Below are positions 28,419 to 36,276 of a stretch of 54,337 nt of DNA, piece after piece. The notes under the pieces were generated by a model, which was not told the origin of the DNA, searched no databases, and saw only the letters and a program-made list of their open reading frames with translations. The position numbers were made by a program, and so were the translations under genes. The stretch is from positions 1 to 54,337 of the forward strand of contig CAZOHS010000004.1 in NCBI GenBank assembly GCA_964579285.1, written 5' to 3'. Each line of letters starts with the position of its first letter. The stretch's first letter is position 1. The stretch is from an uncultured Rhodospirillaceae bacterium. GTDB lineage: Bacteria > Pseudomonadota > Alphaproteobacteria > MPNO01 > UBA830.

Positions 28419-29734
28419 GTTACGATTACATTTTCTGCGGTCATATAGGAGAGCCAAGCGTCGTACATATTACGAATGTATACTTCGCTGGTGGAATCCT
28501 CGCCTCGGACACCGCCGTGTTCATCTGCTCGATCTGTAGTGTAACCCCTTCCTACCTGAATCCACTCTGATCCACCTGAAGACACGCCAACACCGATCCG
28601 TCCATACGTTTCTAAGTCGTCGGTGAGCACAATTGATCCCGTTCCATTGGTTACGTTAGCGAATGCTATAGTGTCTTCAAACATCTTTGCAGGCGCGCCC
28701 TTCAGTCGAAATGAATAAGTGAAAACTTCCGTTCGGTTTACAGATACTGGGTAGACCACACGAAGTTGTCGAAATTGACTCATGAACGAAAGGTTCGGAT
28801 AAATATTTGAGTTCCAGCGGGTTACATCTAAAACTCGCTGAGTTTCGTCACGACCCTTGGCATCCTCCATAGCGACAATATATTCCGCAAATACCGGGTC
28901 GCGCTTTGCTGCAACGAGCTTTTCGTCATCGTGGTAGTCACCCAGGTAAGAATGGCCGTTCGGGTATGTCCAAATACCCACCTGTTCTTGCCAGAATTTG
29001 TAGGGTGCACCGTTTTGGCGCATTTGACGAATTCCGATCTCACCAGCGCCATCCGTATGGGAATTATGGTCTTGGTGTTCAGCCGCTTCAATAGAAGATT
29101 TGTGGACAAATAACGGATGTGCGGCATCGCAAAGATTTTCAAGGTATAGTTTCCAGTTTCCATCAAACGCGTGTTTAAACACGCCGCCCGCCACCTCAAT
29201 TTCATTGCTTGGAGCACGATCTATCATGTCGTCAAGCGAGGTTGCCATGTATCCTAGAAAATCTATCAATGATGGGCCGTCACTGGCCAAGGACGCGAAG
29301 ATAAAACCGCGGTAGCTTTCCACGCGCGGTGCTTGAACCATAGAGGTCCCCGGTGCTGCCGGATCGAAGTGATCAGGGTACCCTTGCTGAAGAGGGACGC
29401 GTATCAACTTACCGTCCGTGCCATATGTCCAACCGTGGTAACAACAGACAAATTCTTTTGCGTGACCATGGTCTTGGGAGACAACCATTGCGCCGCGATG
29501 CGCACACTGATTATGAACCACGTGGATTTTACCGTCTGTGTGCCGCATCATAACCATCGGCCTTCTGCCAATGCGGGTTGTAGCGAAATCACCCGGAGTT
29601 TTTACCTGGCTCTCATGGCCCACATAGACCCATGACTTCTCAAAAATGCGTTCCATTTCGAGTTCGAAAATTATTGGGTCGCTATACACGTCCCTGTGGA
29701 TCCGTCCTTCTTGTATAAGCTTTTCTACCTGCAT
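28415..29734 (-). CDS. Aromatic ring-hydroxylating dioxygenase alpha (large) subunit, benzoate/toluate-type
   Basis: 439-aa ORF with N-terminus VYSDPIIFELEMERIFEKSWVYVGHESQ, Rieske motif CAHRGAMV...CCYHGWTY and catalytic iron motif ENLCDAAHPLFVH. Confidence 0.9.
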   Translation of the reverse strand: MQVEKLIQEGRIHRDVYSDPIIFELEMERIFEKSWVYVGHESQVKTPGDFATTRIGRRPMVMMRHTDGKIHVVHNQCAHRGAMVVSQDHGHAKEFVCCYHGWTYGTDGKLIRVPLQQGYPDHFDPAAPGTSMVQAPRVESYRGFIFASLASDGPSLIDFLGYMATSLDDMIDRAPSNEIEVAGGVFKHAFDGNWKLYLENLCDAAHPLFVHKSSIEAAEHQDHNSHTDGAGEIGIRQMRQNGAPYKFWQEQVGIWTYPNGHSYLGDYHDDEKLVAAKRDPVFAEYIVAMEDAKGRDETQRVLDVTRWNSNIYPNLSFMSQFRQLRVVYPVSVNRTEVFTYSFRLKGAPAKMFEDTIAFANVTNGTGSIVLTDDLETYGRIGVGVSSGGSEWIQVGRGYTTDRADEHGGVRGEDSTSEVYIRNMYDAWLSYMTAENVIVT

Positions 29735-29851
29735 TCCTTAACCCAAATATTTTCCTGCAATGTTGAGGTCGTCGCATTTAGCATTATACAGCAGTATTTT
29801 GACGCTGAGTAGAAAACTGCCGATAAGCCCGTGTGTAAATCAATGTGTCTG

Positions 29852-29860
29852 TGCTAGAAT
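29852..29860 (+). promoter_or_regulatory. Candidate extended -10 promoter element (TGcTAGAAT)
   Basis: TGCTAGAAT lies 27 nt upstream of ATG 29888 in the 153-bp divergent intergenic region. No convincing -35 element was seen. Confidence 0.25.
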
Positions 29861-29887
29861 GGCTTTGCAATTAATCGGAGAAATCCC

Positions 29888-30676
29888 ATGAATGCTACCG
29901 CCGTGCAACACATTACCGGCCAGTCGATGAGAGACCAAGTGAGCGATGAAGAGTGGCAGGTGCGTGTCGACCTTGCTGCAGCTTATCGCCTCGCCGATCT
30001 CTACGGTTGGACTACAACATTAATCTATAACCATATTTCCGCCCGTATTCCTGGTCCTGATCATCATTTTCTTCTCAACCCGTTTGGATTGGGGTGGAGA
30101 GAAGTTACCGCGTCGAACCTGGTTAAAATCGACTTGGAAGGTAATATTTTGGATGATACACCGTACCAGATTAACGACGCAGGATACACAATACACAGTG
30201 CCATTCATGGCGCCCGCGAAGACGCAATGTGTGTCATTCACACGCACACGGAAGCCGGCATGGCGGTCTCCTCGCTTGAAGAAGGGCTGATCTATACAAA
30301 TCAGGACGCGATGCAGTTTTATGGGCATACGGCCTATCACGATTTTGAAGGGATTGCGCTCGATCTCTCTGAGCGTGAGACTTTGGTTTCCGATCTAAGT
30401 GACAACAAGGTGATGATATTGCGTAATCACGGTCTACTGACGACGGGGCACACCATTGCAGATGCCTGGGTTCAAATGTATTTCCTGGAAAAGGTGTGCA
30501 AAGCGCAGTTGACGCTGCTTTCGGCCGCCGCTGCCACTGGTCAAAAGGTTATCTATCCCACCAAAGAGGTTTGTGAACACACGGCCAAGCAGTATGAGGC
30601 AGCAGGGTGCGGAGAGCGTGAATGGCCGTCCTTGATCCGCCAGCTTGACGAAGTCACAACCGAATACAAGTACTAG
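29888..30676 (+). CDS. Class II aldolase/adducin-fold protein
   Basis: 262-aa ORF with DLAAAYRL..., zinc-ligand region CVIHTHTEAGMAVS and LRNHGLLTTG. GGAG lies upstream of the ATG. Confidence 0.85.
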   Translation: MNATAVQHITGQSMRDQVSDEEWQVRVDLAAAYRLADLYGWTTTLIYNHISARIPGPDHHFLLNPFGLGWREVTASNLVKIDLEGNILDDTPYQINDAGYTIHSAIHGAREDAMCVIHTHTEAGMAVSSLEEGLIYTNQDAMQFYGHTAYHDFEGIALDLSERETLVSDLSDNKVMILRNHGLLTTGHTIADAWVQMYFLEKVCKAQLTLLSAAAATGQKVIYPTKEVCEHTAKQYEAAGCGEREWPSLIRQLDEVTTEYKY

Positions 30677-30679
30677 CGT

Positions 30680-31414
30680 ATGGCCGCCACTGTTGATGAA
30701 ATTGCGCCGGATGTTTTCCGGATCGCATGTTACCATGAGCCCGCTAACTTTCAGTTTTCCTCTTTCTTGGTCCGGGACGATGAGCCGCTGCTCTATCATA
30801 CTAATCTTAGAGGCTTTTTTCAGGATGTGGCGCAGGGAGTTAGTACGCTCATTGATGCCAAAACGATACGGTGGATTGGGTTCAGCCACTTTGAGTCTGA
30901 TGAGTGCGGTTCCTTAAATGACTGGCTCGCACTGGCCCCTCAAGCGGAGCCTGTCTGCAGTTTTGTGGGAGCAAGGACGAGTGTCGGTGACTTCGCTGAT
31001 CGACCACCACGTGTTTTAGAAGCAAACGAAAAGATCGATACCGGATCCCATCGCTTCCGCGTTATTGAAACCAAACATGTGCCGCACGGGTGGGATGCTA
31101 GCCTGTTATTTGAGGAGAATACAGAGACCCTATTTTGTTCGGATTTGCTCGGCCAAGGCGGTAATGTCGAACCACTGTTTGACGGAGATATCGTGGGAAG
31201 GTCAGAAGATTATAACACGCGACAAGCGGAAGGGCCCATGTCGGGTTCTGTTCCCTTCACAGATGAAACTCTGGGAATTCTAAATGCACTTGCGGATCTT
31301 GAGCCAGCCACGCTAGCGTGCATGCATGGGTCTAGCTACTCTGGTGATGCCGGGCAGGCGCTCCGCGACTTTGGAAAGGTGCTTGAAAATTTGAAGGGAA
31401 AAACAGGGAACTAA
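30680..31414 (+). CDS. MBL-fold di-iron protein (flavodiiron-core / ODP-like), stand-alone
   Basis: 244-aa ORF. Its ligand-like pattern is SHFESDE (H-x-E-x-D-E, versus H-x-E-x-D-H in flavodiiron proteins), then HVPHGWD, CSDL and CMHG at the spacing expected for the remaining ligands. There is no flavodoxin domain. Confidence 0.5.
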   Translation: MAATVDEIAPDVFRIACYHEPANFQFSSFLVRDDEPLLYHTNLRGFFQDVAQGVSTLIDAKTIRWIGFSHFESDECGSLNDWLALAPQAEPVCSFVGARTSVGDFADRPPRVLEANEKIDTGSHRFRVIETKHVPHGWDASLLFEENTETLFCSDLLGQGGNVEPLFDGDIVGRSEDYNTRQAEGPMSGSVPFTDETLGILNALADLEPATLACMHGSSYSGDAGQALRDFGKVLENLKGKTGN

Positions 31415-31421
31415 ATTTTAT

Positions 31422-31823
31422 ATGGTTGAAAAAATAAGCAAGACCGAAGAGGAATGGCGCGCCCAGCTATCCGATGAACAATTCTACGTCACTCGACAAC
31501 ATGGCACGGAGCGGGCATTTTCTGGGGAGTATAATGATTGTAAGGAGGCGGGGACTTATAAATGTATTTGTTGTGGTCATCCTCTTTTCGATGCGCAGCA
31601 TAAATTTGACTCGGGAACCGGGTGGCCAAGTTTTTTTCAGCCGCTAAATGGAGAAGCCGTAGAGACCCAGACCGATTCCTCAATGCTAATGAGTCGCACT
31701 GAAGTGCACTGTAGTAAATGTGAGGCGCATCTTGGTCACGTTTTTCCAGACGGGCCCGCTCCTACTGGACAGAGATACTGCATGAACTCAGTGTCGCTTA
31801 AGCTTTTCCATAGCGAAGATTAG
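31422..31823 (+). CDS. msrB: Peptide-methionine (R)-S-oxide reductase
   Basis: 133-aa ORF with the zinc Cys pairs CICCGHPLF and HCSKCEAHLGHVF, GTGWPSF, and the catalytic RYCMNS. Confidence 0.95.
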   Translation: MVEKISKTEEEWRAQLSDEQFYVTRQHGTERAFSGEYNDCKEAGTYKCICCGHPLFDAQHKFDSGTGWPSFFQPLNGEAVETQTDSSMLMSRTEVHCSKCEAHLGHVFPDGPAPTGQRYCMNSVSLKLFHSED

Positions 31824-32180
31824 TCAGCTTTCAGCGGCAGCAGTCGCAGTGATTTCTATCAATAGGTCCGGGGTTGCTAGGGCTGCCTCCACAGTAGTCC
31901 GAGCAGGTGCATTTGGACCATCTACCCAGCTATCCCATACCTCATTCATAGCTCTGAAATTCCGCATATCGGCGAGATAAATAGTTACAGTCAAAAGTTT
32001 TGATTTATCTGAACCCATGTCAGCAAGTGTTGCTTCCAACCGCTCCAATACATCTGCGGTTTGGGTTTGAATATCACCCGATCGGTCGCGCGCGACATGC
32101 CCCATTGTAAATATGGTATTCTCATGACGCACGGCCTTGCTCATTCGCGGGCCCGGGTCTGCTCTTTTTATTTTTGACAT
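31824..32180 (-). CDS. RidA/YjgF family protein
   Basis: 118-aa ORF with the C-terminal pattern PARTTVEAALATPDLLIEITATA typical of RidA-family proteins. Confidence 0.8.
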   Translation of the reverse strand: MSKIKRADPGPRMSKAVRHENTIFTMGHVARDRSGDIQTQTADVLERLEATLADMGSDKSKLLTVTIYLADMRNFRAMNEVWDSWVDGPNAPARTTVEAALATPDLLIEITATAAAES

Positions 32181-32293
32181 CTCATATTCCTCGTAATTGT
32201 TGGGACATTAAATCATCAGATGATGGTCGCGAGCTTTTGCTTGGAGTATTCTTGCACAGATAAATTAGATTGCAGCTATATTAGGTAAGAAAC

Positions 32294-33145
32294 ATGTTAC
32301 TTGTGACGTCAGCAGGCGGTAAGACCGGACAGGCTATCGTTAAGGCTTTTTCCCAAGCGGGGCTTCCTGTTCGGGCGATGATCCGCAGCAAAACCGATAC
32401 CTCAAAATTGACAGAAATTGGAGCCAAGGAAGTTTATTTTGGGGACCTGATTAATGCCAGCGACGTACTTGGCGCGATGGAAGGGTGTGATGCGGTTTAT
32501 TTTATTTGTCCAAACATGAACAAACATGAAACGCAGTTTGGCGCGAACGTTATTGATGCGGCCTGTTCACTCAACGTGAACCGACTGATCTTCCACTCGG
32601 TCTTGCATACCCAAGTCCAGGATCTAGAGCATCATTGGAACCGCCTTTTTGTCGAGGAAGCGATCGTCGAGTCAGGCATTCCGTACAGTATTTTGCAGGT
32701 AGGGTCCTATTACCAAAACATGCTGCCTGGCTGGGAAAAAATGATAAAAACAGGCGTTCACGCGATGCCCTATAAAATTGATGTGCCAATGAGCCTCGTC
32801 GATCTTGACGAGGTGGCCGAAGCCGCGGTTAACGTGTTGAAAGACCCTCGATACGAGTTTGGGATTTTTGAACTTTGCGGGCCTTTAGCGACAGTAAAAC
32901 AAAAGGCCAAAGTGCTTAGTGAGATTTTAGGACAACCAATAAAAGCTGACACAATCTCAACTGTTGATGCCGTTGAACACGCCGCGCACATGGGAGTCGA
33001 CCAATACGGGCAAAATTGTATGAGAAAGATGTTTGCCCACTATAATGATCACGGATTGATCGGTAGCACACGTATTTTGGAGTGGATACTCGGACGCCCA
33101 CCAGCCGACTTCAGGAAATTCGTACAAAGAATTGTAAGCCTTTGA
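32294..33145 (+). CDS. NmrA-like NAD(P)-binding protein (atypical SDR)
   Basis: 283-aa ORF with an N-terminal LLVTSAGGKTGQAIV Rossmann motif and NmrA-like length. Confidence 0.7.
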   Translation: MLLVTSAGGKTGQAIVKAFSQAGLPVRAMIRSKTDTSKLTEIGAKEVYFGDLINASDVLGAMEGCDAVYFICPNMNKHETQFGANVIDAACSLNVNRLIFHSVLHTQVQDLEHHWNRLFVEEAIVESGIPYSILQVGSYYQNMLPGWEKMIKTGVHAMPYKIDVPMSLVDLDEVAEAAVNVLKDPRYEFGIFELCGPLATVKQKAKVLSEILGQPIKADTISTVDAVEHAAHMGVDQYGQNCMRKMFAHYNDHGLIGSTRILEWILGRPPADFRKFVQRIVSL

Positions 33146-33939
33146 TGGCGATAGAACTTTATCATACAAATTGGTCTATTTGCGCCCAGAAGGTCCGTCT
33201 CGTTATTGCCGAAAAAGGTTTAGATGTAATTGAGCATCATATAGATCTTCGCGAAAGAGAGCAGCAGACGCCCGAGTACCTTAAATTGAATCCAAATGGT
33301 TATGTGCCGACCCTGGTTCACGGGGGTAAGGCCATAATTGAATCATCAATAATTTGTGAGTATCTTGATGAAGTTTTTCCAGAGCCGGCTCTGGTTCCAT
33401 CTAATGCCGCCGAGCGCGCGTACATGCGTACCTGGACACGGCGCCCCGATGATGGATTGCACCGTGCTTGCGCCACGATTACCAATGCAATTGCATTCCG
33501 GTTGCAATGGCTTGAGAAATCAACCGATGAAATCCAAACGATGTTGGCTGCAACACCGGACCCCATAAGACGAGCTTGGCGTCGCGAAATGATTGAGAAG
33601 GGGACCTCATCAGATTTATTTGTTCAGGCAATTTGGAGCTTTGACAAAGTGTTGTCGGACATGGAGACGGCGCTCTGCGGGAGAAAATGGCTGGTTGGTG
33701 ACAAATATACGCTCGCTGATATTTCCCTTACTTCGTATATTAATCGCGTCGCTGAGCTTCAATTGCACGCCATGTGGGAAGGAACCCGTGCCCGTGTCAC
33801 AGAATGGATTAGCGAAGTTCGCGCCAGACAAAATTTTTCTAATGCTTTCGGGGACTACCCGTATGAGGCATACCGTTTGCAAATGGCAGAACAAGGTGCA
33901 CGTCAGTGGCCTCGTGTTGAGGCTATACTCTCTGATTAA
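33145..33939 (+). CDS. Glutathione S-transferase family protein
   Basis: The in-frame ATG 33145 overlaps the NmrA stop (TGATG). The translation MAIELYHTNWSICAQKVRLVIAEKGLD...LNPNGYVPTLVH...ESSIICEYLDE is a GST N-terminal thioredoxin-like fold, followed by a GST C-terminal domain. Confidence 0.8.
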   Translation: MAIELYHTNWSICAQKVRLVIAEKGLDVIEHHIDLREREQQTPEYLKLNPNGYVPTLVHGGKAIIESSIICEYLDEVFPEPALVPSNAAERAYMRTWTRRPDDGLHRACATITNAIAFRLQWLEKSTDEIQTMLAATPDPIRRAWRREMIEKGTSSDLFVQAIWSFDKVLSDMETALCGRKWLVGDKYTLADISLTSYINRVAELQLHAMWEGTRARVTEWISEVRARQNFSNAFGDYPYEAYRLQMAEQGARQWPRVEAILSD

Positions 33940-34003
33940 AGTTTGGATTAAAAAACATATTGGCGCAAACTGTTGTAACGATTAAAGGTTGAGCTGCTGA
34001 CTG

Positions 34004-34855
34004 ATGACAATAGTTAGAGCGGTTGGTGGGGTCCATTCAGGTATGCCCACGAGTGACGGCGCTGGAGTGGAACTGACCCGTATGGTTGGCATACCGGATC
34101 TGGATTGCGTTGACCCGTTCTTGATGCTTGATCAGATTGATAGCGATGACCCAAATACATATATCGCTGGCTTTCCGGACCATCCTCACCGTGGATTTGA
34201 AACAGTAACAATCATGCTTGAAGGATTGATGCGGCACCGGGATTCGGTGGGAAATGACGGTGTCTTGAAACCGGGTGACGTACAGTGGATGACGGCGGGC
34301 CGGGGCATCATCCATTCGGAAGTTCCCGAGATACTTGACGGTCGGTTACGTGGCTTTCAGTTATGGGTAAATCTACCCGCGTCCAAAAAAATGATGTCCC
34401 CCAATTATCAAGACATTTCGCGTGATCGGATACCGTTAGCTCGTTTCAACGGAGGGGAAGCGCGTATAATAACGGGAAATTATTTGGGGCAGAATGGACC
34501 TGCCGTGCCACAAACCCCTATTCGGTTGATGGACGTTCGATTGAAAGCCGGTACAGAGTGGATAGTTGATCTAGAAGGTGCCAACGATTTATTTATTTGT
34601 GTTTACGAAGGAACTATCATTTTTGCAGAGCACGGGAGTGAGGTGCGCGAAGTATTCCCGCCTGCGACTGTAGTGTTTGAGGGCAATGGCGCGTTGAGGT
34701 GTGAGGCTGGGAAAGATGGCGCAAAGATCTTGTATTGCGAAGGTGAACCCATCGGCGAACCCGTCGCTAAATATGGACCTTTCGTGATGAATACGCATGG
34801 TGAGCTATTGCAGGCGGTTTCCGATTATAATGCTGGAACATTTGTAACCCCTTAA
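34004..34855 (+). CDS. Pirin family protein
   Basis: 283-aa ORF with the cupin metal motif FPDHPHRGFETVTIMLEG and WMTAGRGIIHSE. Confidence 0.9.
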   Translation: MTIVRAVGGVHSGMPTSDGAGVELTRMVGIPDLDCVDPFLMLDQIDSDDPNTYIAGFPDHPHRGFETVTIMLEGLMRHRDSVGNDGVLKPGDVQWMTAGRGIIHSEVPEILDGRLRGFQLWVNLPASKKMMSPNYQDISRDRIPLARFNGGEARIITGNYLGQNGPAVPQTPIRLMDVRLKAGTEWIVDLEGANDLFICVYEGTIIFAEHGSEVREVFPPATVVFEGNGALRCEAGKDGAKILYCEGEPIGEPVAKYGPFVMNTHGELLQAVSDYNAGTFVTP

Positions 34856-34868
34856 AAAAATTGGCAAA

Positions 34869-36272
34869 GTGTTGGTCCAAAGTGATCCCGTGAAATCAAA
34901 ACCAAATGACGAAATTGAGTTTCCCTCAACCCGGGAGGCGTTTTTTATCTGGCTCAAGATCGGCCTTCTGAGTTTTGGTGGCCCTGCGGGGCAGATCGCG
35001 ATGATGCACCGGGTCTTGGTTGAAGAAAAGCGATGGATTAGTGAAGAACGTTTCTTGCACGCCCTTAACTACGTGATGCTTCTCCCAGGACCCGAGGCGC
35101 AGCAACTGGCCACGTATGCTGGGTGGCTCTTACACCGAACGCGGGGAGGCATTATTGCGGGTGGATTGTTTATCCTCCCGGGTGCGCTGGTAATGCTTAC
35201 CCTGACTATTCTATATGCCGGTTTTCGGGATTTTTCGTTTGTTGAAGCGTTCTTCTTCGGAATTAAGGCGGCTGTGTTGGCGATCGTGATACAGGCAGTG
35301 GTTCGTCTAGGAAGTCGGGCGTTGCCTAACAAGTTTATGATTTTGATCGCACTACTCGCATTTGTTGGTATATTTTTCTTCACAATACCATTTCCGCTTA
35401 TAATTTGCGGGGCCGCACTCACTGGATTTGTCTATAGCTTCTTGGCACCTCATTCGATTGCTATAGCTCAAAGCGAGAGCACCGCTCCTAGTTCTGGCCC
35501 AAAATATGCCGTGGACGTCCGAATTGATGCGGGTGCCCTGACACACATTCAGCCTTCCTTACCACGCTCAGTTCGAATTGTGTTTTGGGGTGTGACTTTA
35601 TGGTTGGCGCCAGTCCTTATTATTATGGCATCGCTTGGTCCTGAACACATTTATAGCCAGGAGAGTTTTTTCTTCAGCAAAATGGCGGTTGTCACTTTTG
35701 GCGGCGCGTATTCTGTTCTTGCGTACGTTGCACAGCAAGCGGTGGAGTTTTATGGCTGGTTAGGGCCAGGCGAAATGCTTCACGGTTTGGGTCTCGCAGA
35801 AACGACACCCGGACCGCTCATAATGGTTGTTCAATATGTTGGGTTTTTAGCAGCCTTTCGTAATCCGGGCGAAATAGATCCTTTTATAGCGGGCACAATC
35901 GGTGCTTTTTTGACCACTTGGGTAACTTTCATTCCCTGTTTCTTATGGATCTTTCTGGGAGCTCCTTATATTGAAAGGCTGAGAAATAACCGATTTGTAA
36001 CCGCTGCCCTAAAGGCAATTACCGCCGCAGTCGTGGGGGTGGTTTTGTATGTCGCAGTATGGTTCGGTTTGCATGTGTGTTTTGAGAACATACACGAGTT
36101 TCGGTTTGACTATATACGCTTACTCGTTCCCGATTGGCCCACGTTTGAACCGGGAGTTTTGCTAATTACTCTTGCGGCCTTGATTGCTGCGCTAAAATAC
36201 AAGGCAGATATGTTTATGGTAATTGGCGCATCGGCTGTACTAGGCATTCTTTATTTTTACATGATAATTTAG
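34869..36272 (+). CDS. chrA: Chromate ion transporter (CHR family, fused two-domain)
   Basis: 467-aa ORF with a GTG start. It has GLLSFGGPAGQIAMMHRVLVEEKRWISEERFLHALNYVMLLPGPEAQQLATY and a second repeat, VVTFGGAYSVLAYV...GLAETTPGPLIM. Confidence 0.85.
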   Translation: MLVQSDPVKSKPNDEIEFPSTREAFFIWLKIGLLSFGGPAGQIAMMHRVLVEEKRWISEERFLHALNYVMLLPGPEAQQLATYAGWLLHRTRGGIIAGGLFILPGALVMLTLTILYAGFRDFSFVEAFFFGIKAAVLAIVIQAVVRLGSRALPNKFMILIALLAFVGIFFFTIPFPLIICGAALTGFVYSFLAPHSIAIAQSESTAPSSGPKYAVDVRIDAGALTHIQPSLPRSVRIVFWGVTLWLAPVLIIMASLGPEHIYSQESFFFSKMAVVTFGGAYSVLAYVAQQAVEFYGWLGPGEMLHGLGLAETTPGPLIMVVQYVGFLAAFRNPGEIDPFIAGTIGAFLTTWVTFIPCFLWIFLGAPYIERLRNNRFVTAALKAITAAVVGVVLYVAVWFGLHVCFENIHEFRFDYIRLLVPDWPTFEPGVLLITLAALIAALKYKADMFMVIGASAVLGILYFYMII

Positions 36273-36276
36273 AGCG

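Noticed and set aside
33082-33144. Upstream extension of the GST ORF
   Set aside because: It lies inside the 3' end of the NmrA-like gene. ATG 33145 (TGATG overlap) gives a typical GST N-terminus.
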